From Geosiphon pyriformis uo1 (lineage: Eukaryota; Fungi; Glomeromycota), in assembly GCA_016748015.1 (NCBI GenBank), contig JAAOMT010000489.1, forward strand, positions 1 to 28,484: a stretch of 28,484 nucleotides of DNA, given 5' to 3'. The notes beneath the pieces are model-generated. The model did no database searches. It was not told where the DNA came from and saw only the letters and a program-made list of their open reading frames with translations. The translations under genes and the position numbers were made by a program. Positions 23,307-28,484 of this stretch are shown here, in pieces. How positions within the stretch are numbered: position 1 is the stretch's first letter; the number at the start of each line of letters is the position of its first letter.

Positions 23307-23336
23307 TAATAGTAATAATAATAATAATAATAATAA
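23307..23336 (+). repeat. (TAA)n microsatellite = LINE-B 3' tail
   Basis: taatagtaataataataataataataataa between the LINE 3' UTR and the TSD. Confidence 0.8.
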
Positions 23337-23609
23337 AATACTAATAATTTATTATAAATAAAACAGTTATAAAAATAAAAACAATAATAAAACAACAAAA
23401 TAACAAAATATACAAAAAAAATTATTAACAATTAGCATATTATATTATTATTAAACAATTTAAGAAAAAACTATCTTAAAATAAACAAAATAAAATATAT
23501 TAACAAACCATATATTATTTTTATTGCTAAAATATACTTTACTAAAAAAATTTATAAGACACAAACGGTTTATTAAAAATAATAAAAGAATACAAAAAAA
23601 ACAATATTG

Positions 23610-24770
23610 TTTAATATATATTTAAATTTAATAGTAAAACATTTCAACTAAAATCAATACTAAAAAGAACCAAAAAATTGTATTATTGAATAATAATATA
23701 TTTAAACATAAAATAATATATAAAAAATTGTAATATTTATTAAAGAAAAAAAAATAAAACTGAATAAATTACTAAAACCAATTAAAATTAAACAATAATT
23801 TAATCAAATTAAAATTAATTTAATAAGATTATTATTAATAATAACTAAAAACAATAAATATATTATTATTGTCATAAATTATTTTATTAAATAATTAAAA
23901 CTAAAGTCATATAAAAAGCCAACACAGAATTAATAGCCAAATTTATTTATTAAAACTTAATATATTAGCATAAATATTTAAAAAAACTATTATTTAATTA
24001 AAAAACTTACTTTGTTAACAAAACATTAGCAAAATTAAGTTAAAGATTTAGAATTAAAAAACTAATGTTATTACTATATTATTTACAAATAAACAACTTA
24101 GTCAAAAAATTCAATAAAATATTATGTAAAATATTAGCCAAAACTAGTTAAAAAAATTAAAATAATTGAAATTTGTTTATACTATTAATAGTATTTGCTT
24201 ATTGAACAATAAAATAAAATATTATTTAAATAATAATATTCAAATTAATATATAATAAAACAACAATATTGCTAATAGAAACAAATAACAACATATTTAA
24301 CAAAACCAATAACAGATAACACATTTTAAAAAATACTGTTAAAATAAACATATAACTTAATAAAAATCTTAAAAAATAAAAAAAAGCAATTAATTATATT
24401 AAAAAGTTACAAAAAAAATAAAAAAAAAGACATAATAATTAATTATTAAACAAATTAACTAAATTTAAAATTAGAAGCAAAATACTTTTATATTATACAA
24501 AAACAAAAAAACAATAAAATAAAAAATTTGATTCAAAATAAAACAGATTATTCTATATTAAAGAAACATTAAAAAATAGAATATACAAATAATGATTAAA
24601 AAACAGAATTTTATTAAAACAGTATATGATAATTAATTAAAATTATATCATAATAAAATATTAGCAAAACTTAACACATTATAATTAAAAGTACAAAAAA
24701 TACTAATTAAATCTAATAAAATTTCATAAAATCTAGAATCAATTATTGTTATTAAAATCAATATATTACA
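23610..24770 (+). pseudogene. pol: Gypsy-A integrase remnant (HHCC, DDE core, GPF module)
   Basis: FNIYLNLIVKHF (<H...AGHF), KYIIIVINYFIK*L (<YIIVAxDYFTKWP), LLFN*KTYFVN (<LLSDQGTHF), LMLLLYYLQINNLVKKFNKILCKILAK (24062-24142, <SSPYHPQTNGLVERFNKTL), KFDSK*NRLFYI (<KFDPKWxGPF), KTVYDN*LKLY. No chromodomain seen. Confidence 0.9.
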
Positions 24771-24788
24771 GAATTAAACATTTATTAT

Positions 24789-25600
24789 ATAAATACAGCC
24801 AAAAAACAACAAAACAGAATAATAAAATAGAAATTACAGATAATATCTACTTAATAACTTAACAGTTATTTTATTTAATAAAAACCAAAAACTTAAATAT
24901 GAAAATAACAATTAACAAATAAAATATTTATTATAAAAACATATAAAAAAAACAATTAACAAAACTTTATACAATAATAAAACAGACAAATAAATAATTA
25001 TGTAAAAGAAATTATTAAAAAAATAAAAAAAACTTTTAAAAATTCAATAATATTTGTTTATTTAAAAAAACTAATCACAAAAAACTAAAAAAGTTAGAAA
25101 AACAATTTTTAATTACAAATTGTTATTATTACTTAGAACAATAAATAAATATTTAAACTTTGTATATAAATAGTTTGAAAAGAGCATTTAATAAAAAAAC
25201 AATATAACAAATAAAATATTCAAAAAGAAAACTTAGCAAATTTTACTTGAGCTTAATATTAAAAAAGAAAAATAATATTACTTATTATTGCTAGCAGAAA
25301 TTTGAATTATTAATTAGCATAAAACTATAATTTTTATCATTTATTAATATATATTATTATTTCAAATTATTACTTATTATTTTATTAAATTATTTGAGTT
25401 ATTATTTAATAAATAATCTAATTTGTACAAAACACAAATATAATAAAATTGTAATGATTAAATTATATATATACCGAACTATATAACATTTAAAATTTAA
25501 TAAAATATTTAAAAATTTGATGAAATATTTAACAGTTTATTGAAATAGTTTATTTTTTGCAGAAATAACTTGTAAATTAATAAAATATATCTTTAATATA
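24789..25600 (+). pseudogene. Possible extra ORF in the env position of Gypsy-A
   Basis: After the integrase stop, ATA AAT ACA GCC AAA AAA CAA CAA... reads INTAKKQQNRIIK*KLQIIST**LNSYFI**; every stop is revertible by C>T/G>A transitions (CAA/TGG). Extent approximate. Confidence 0.4.
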
Positions 25601-26177
25601 TTGAAATATTAGAAAAAAAAGTGCTAAATTATAAAATAGTATTATAAAAAGTTGTATAAAAAAAGCTTCATTTTTTAAGAAAATATATTTTATAAAAAAT
25701 ATCTTATTTAAAATTAAATAATTAGCAAATACAAATTAATTCAAATTAAACTACTTTAAAAACACAAAATTTTTAATTACTAATTTTAATAATTATTAGT
25801 ATTTTCAAGTCTAAATCCAAAACAATTTTTTTGAATATATTTTTTATTTTTATTTTATTTTTTATATTATTTGAGTAGCTTACAATTAAGATTTCTGTAA
25901 AAAAATTAACTTTTACAGCAAAATAACTACACATTAATTAAAAAGCTTATAAACAAAATTTTTTATAAAAAAGTAGACTTTTATCACAAAGTAATTATAT
26001 AAAGTAATTGATATAGAATTTTTTATTTTATTATAAATCCAACAACATATATAATTTAAAGTATAAAAAGATATTTTGAAGGAAAAATTAGCTTATTGGA
26101 AATTTATTAATTTCTATTAACAGCAGAATTAATAGTAAAATGACATTAACAGTATCCAAAAAAAAATAAAATTTTTT

Positions 26178-26932
26178 TTAATATCATATAAGAAAATCAT
26201 AAAAATAATAATAATAGTATAAATAGCCAATAATAAAATAGAAAATTATTAAAACATATAATATCAAAAATTTCAAAATACTAACAGAAATTTTAAAATT
26301 TTAAGAATTCCTGAAATTTCAGAAATACTAATAGAAATGTCAAAGATTCTAAAAATGCCAAAAATTTTAGTAATAACTCAAAAAAATTGTAAAAATTTTA
26401 GAAATTTTGTATTACAAAAATTTATATATATAGTAAAAATATTAGAAGCCAAAGAAAAACATTAAAGAACTAGACAAACTTACTTTAAGATTACGCTAGT
26501 ATTTATTATCTTTTTAATTAAACTATAATTAATTTAATAAAACATAAAATTATTAAGAATATAATTAGTATTATTTATTGATAAAACTTGATTTATTTTA
26601 TTAAAATTCAATATTTTAAATATCATAATATTAATATTTAACACAACTACTTAAAAAATTATTGGAATAATAGTTCTTAATTATAGCTATTAACAAAATA
26701 TTAATTTTTATTTTATTTATTTATTTTTATTTATTTACTAATTAATAAAAAAAATATTGAAATTACAATCTCAAAAATTTTCTGGTAAAAAATTTTAAAC
26801 ACTTTATCAAACAAAATTACATTAAATTTCTAAAAAACTCTATTACTAAAATCTTTAAATTATAATAGCTACTAATTTAAGTACCAAGTAACAAAACCCA
26901 CAAATTTTAATCATAGAAATCTACTTGTAACA
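26178..26932 (+). repeat. Gypsy-A 3' LTR (~755 bp)
   Basis: Direct repeat of 3422-4210; ends TGTAACA followed by TSD ATAT. 5' edge is eroded, so the start is approximate. Confidence 0.88.
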
Positions 26933-27280
26933 ATATCAATAATTTTAAAAATCTTTTCAAAATTGTGAATAAGTTATAAGCTAATCAAAAATAATATAAA
27001 CAGATGTTTTTCTTAGATTTTTGACTACTAAATAAGAGTTTGATTTTTGAATAGTTTTTGAAAGTTTTAATTTTGACAAATTCTTAAATATTTTCAGTTT
27101 TAAAGCTTTATTCTTGATATTAGATATTAAAGTAGTAATATTAAGATCCAAATCAAAATTTATTTTTTATTTTTTGAATTTGGTATGACTTGATAGTTTG
27201 CTTCTATTTTTTTATAGTTTTATATTATTATTAGTTAAATTAAAACTAAAAAAGAAATTTTTTTTCATATTATTTATTTT
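26933..27280 (-). mobile_element. Gypsy-B upstream part (gag/protease linker)
   Basis: Minus strand reads KLKIFKNLSKLKLSKTIQKSNSYLVVKNLRKTSVYIIFD*LITYSQF*KD, resembling the pre-protease 'YxVxxDL..T.AxITFGQL...P' segment of Gypsy polyproteins. It joins across ATAT to the 3421 side that leads into the protease. Confidence 0.65.
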
Positions 27281-27304
27281 TAAATGGATTTTATGAACGA
27301 TTTA

Positions 27305-27603
27305 TACCAGTAATTGAGTGTTAAGAATAGTGATTTCATCTTTTTTTTACATTGGTTGCTTTAGGTGTTTTATTTCTTTTGCAAATAGTATAAAATTTTT
27401 TAAATAAGTTTTTATCTTACTTTAAGAGAACAAAAAGAGTGGAATAAATCTCTTTTTTCATAAATTTATTTTTGAATAGACTTTGTGAACAATTTTATTA
27501 GTAATTAAGTACCAAAAGTAATGATTTTTTTTTTATAATTGTTTTGAGTATTTTATTTTTTTTGCAAATAGTACAGAAATTTTTGAATAGGTTTTTATCT
27601 TAC
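27305..27603 (+). repeat. Diverged ~110-bp direct repeat pair
   Basis: 27305-27420 vs 27496-27603 (shared ..agtaatt.agt.., ttttgcaaatagta.a.aa.tttt.aata.gtttttatcttac); differences mostly transitions. Confidence 0.8.
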
Positions 27604-27704
27604 CATCATATTGGTTTAATATTAATTTATATATATTCAGAAGTCTTTGTAATCTGGCTCACGTTCAAAAAGTTAATTTGGCTAATCCAATATTATTGTA
27701 GAAA

Positions 27705-28353
27705 AATGCCATGGTAACAAGTTAGTCGTTACACATTTCTCATTTATGATCATTTCCATGAAATTTCACACTTACAATTTTCTAATTTTGGATGAAATGA
27801 TATTTTGGAAACATTTACATGTTGAAAACAGAAATGAGTATAAGCATTCCAAAATATCTGGTAATATATCATTTATTCAGGTTTGTGCTTTGATTGAAAT
27901 AAGATCTTGGCGCTATAGTGGCTTTTAGAGTTCATTCAATGGTAGTACAACAATATGATACAAATGAATTTTTTATAAGATTGTACATTGTACTACAACA
28001 GTCGGAATTTCACAATGTCTACCATCCATTTCATGAAGAAATATAACAGAATGTTTTCTTCCGAAATATTTTAATAAAGCTCATTTTGATTGCCTATATT
28101 ATCGGCGTTTTAAGTAATTCATAAAGAATAAGTAGATCCATGGTAAAGGAAATATTTGGAGATGAAAATTCAAATATCGTTTCAGTAGGATCGGAATCAA
28201 ATTCCTTGTAATGTCTCACGACCCCACAATAGCCTATATATAGGAGGTCTCAAATATTTTTATGACATTCATCTTTAAATTGTGAATCTCTTTACACACT
28301 TATCTAAAAGCATAAAAAATAAAAGGTAGCATTTAAACTTAAATCCTCATTAC
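27705..28353 (+). pseudogene. Possible pirin/YhhW-like N-terminal and middle part, highly indel-disrupted
   Basis: In order: THFSF, F(G)KHLH (27803-27820; <FGxHPH), EIF..AYIIG, HK(D)-SM(G) (28120-28144), GD, SVGS-GI, IHL..VN, NLNPHY (28336-28353). This follows the pirin motif order HPH-EIFSY-HKDSMG-GDVQ-SAGTGI-HxLQIW-LxPxY but needs many indels. Confidence 0.4.
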
Positions 28354-28484
28354 ATGGGAAATCTTACCAACATTATGGTTATATTACTTAAAACGCCGAT
28401 AATATAGGCAATCAAAATGAGTTAGCTTTATTAAAATATATAAATGACTCTCTATATAAATGGCCAAAATAAATTGCATTCAAT
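28145..28484 (-). repeat. Right arm of 340-bp terminal inverted repeat
   Basis: Reverse complement of 1-340. Confidence 0.97.

Larger units (their letters stand above)
16602..23334 (+). mobile_element. LINE-B: full-length, more eroded member of the same LINE family as LINE-A
   Basis: Colinear with LINE-A from 5' UTR to 3' UTR; (TAA)n tail 23307-23334; exact 10-bp TSD AAAATACTAA at 16592-16601 and 23335-23344. Confidence 0.93.
3422..26932 (+). mobile_element. Gypsy-A: full-length but heavily eroded Ty3/Gypsy LTR retrotransposon with dUTPase (~10 kb after removing two LINE insertions)
   Basis: Begins TGTTA (3422) and ends TAACA (26928-26932), flanked by ATAT on both sides (3418-3421; 26933-26936). 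Has paired LTRs and an internal gag-PR-DUT-RT-RH-IN order (IN after RT/RH = Ty3/Gypsy). Confidence 0.92.

Noticed and set aside
26150-26180. Polypurine tract before the 3' LTR
   Set aside because: An A-run is present but is followed by a T-run and is indistinguishable from background in such A-rich DNA.
1-28484. Linear plasmid, Maverick/Polinton or giant DNA transposon suggested by the TIRs
   Set aside because: No polB, RNA polymerase, capsid, ATPase, DDE transposase or tyrosine recombinase seen. The interior is explained by retroelements, and the TIR appears to be part of a pirin-like gene. Flanks are not available to test for a TSD.

Overview
A eukaryotic, very likely early-diverging fungal (Glomeromycotina-like) retroelement graveyard with no intact gene. 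About 26 kb is a four-layer nest. An old minus-strand Ty3/Gypsy remnant (Gypsy-B, ~1700-3421 plus 26933-~27280) is split by a complete plus-strand Ty3/Gypsy element (Gypsy-A, 3422-26932; TGTTA...TAACA ends, ~0.76-0.79 kb LTRs, ATAT TSD). Gypsy-A reads gag(CCHC)-protease-Cys-rich linker-dUTPase-RT-RNase H-integrase plus a probable extra 3' ORF. It is split in turn by two full-length RNase H-encoding LINEs of one family (LINE-A ~5752-12472, LINE-B 16602-23334). The Gypsy elements are nearly invisible in the ORF track because massive C>T/G>A erosion (often CpA>TpA, RIP-like) has converted them to ~90% AT. Their motifs reappear when transitions are reversed (YLNN<YLDD, YYLQINNLVKKFN<YHPQTNGLVERFN, KFEST<GFGST). 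The CpG-containing flanks carry frameshifted pieces of a pirin/YhhW-like cupin gene. The window is bounded by an apparently perfect 340-bp terminal inverted repeat lying inside those pirin fragments, which may be an assembly/chimera artefact or a recent inversion-duplication. All alignments and translations were done by eye; no searches were run.
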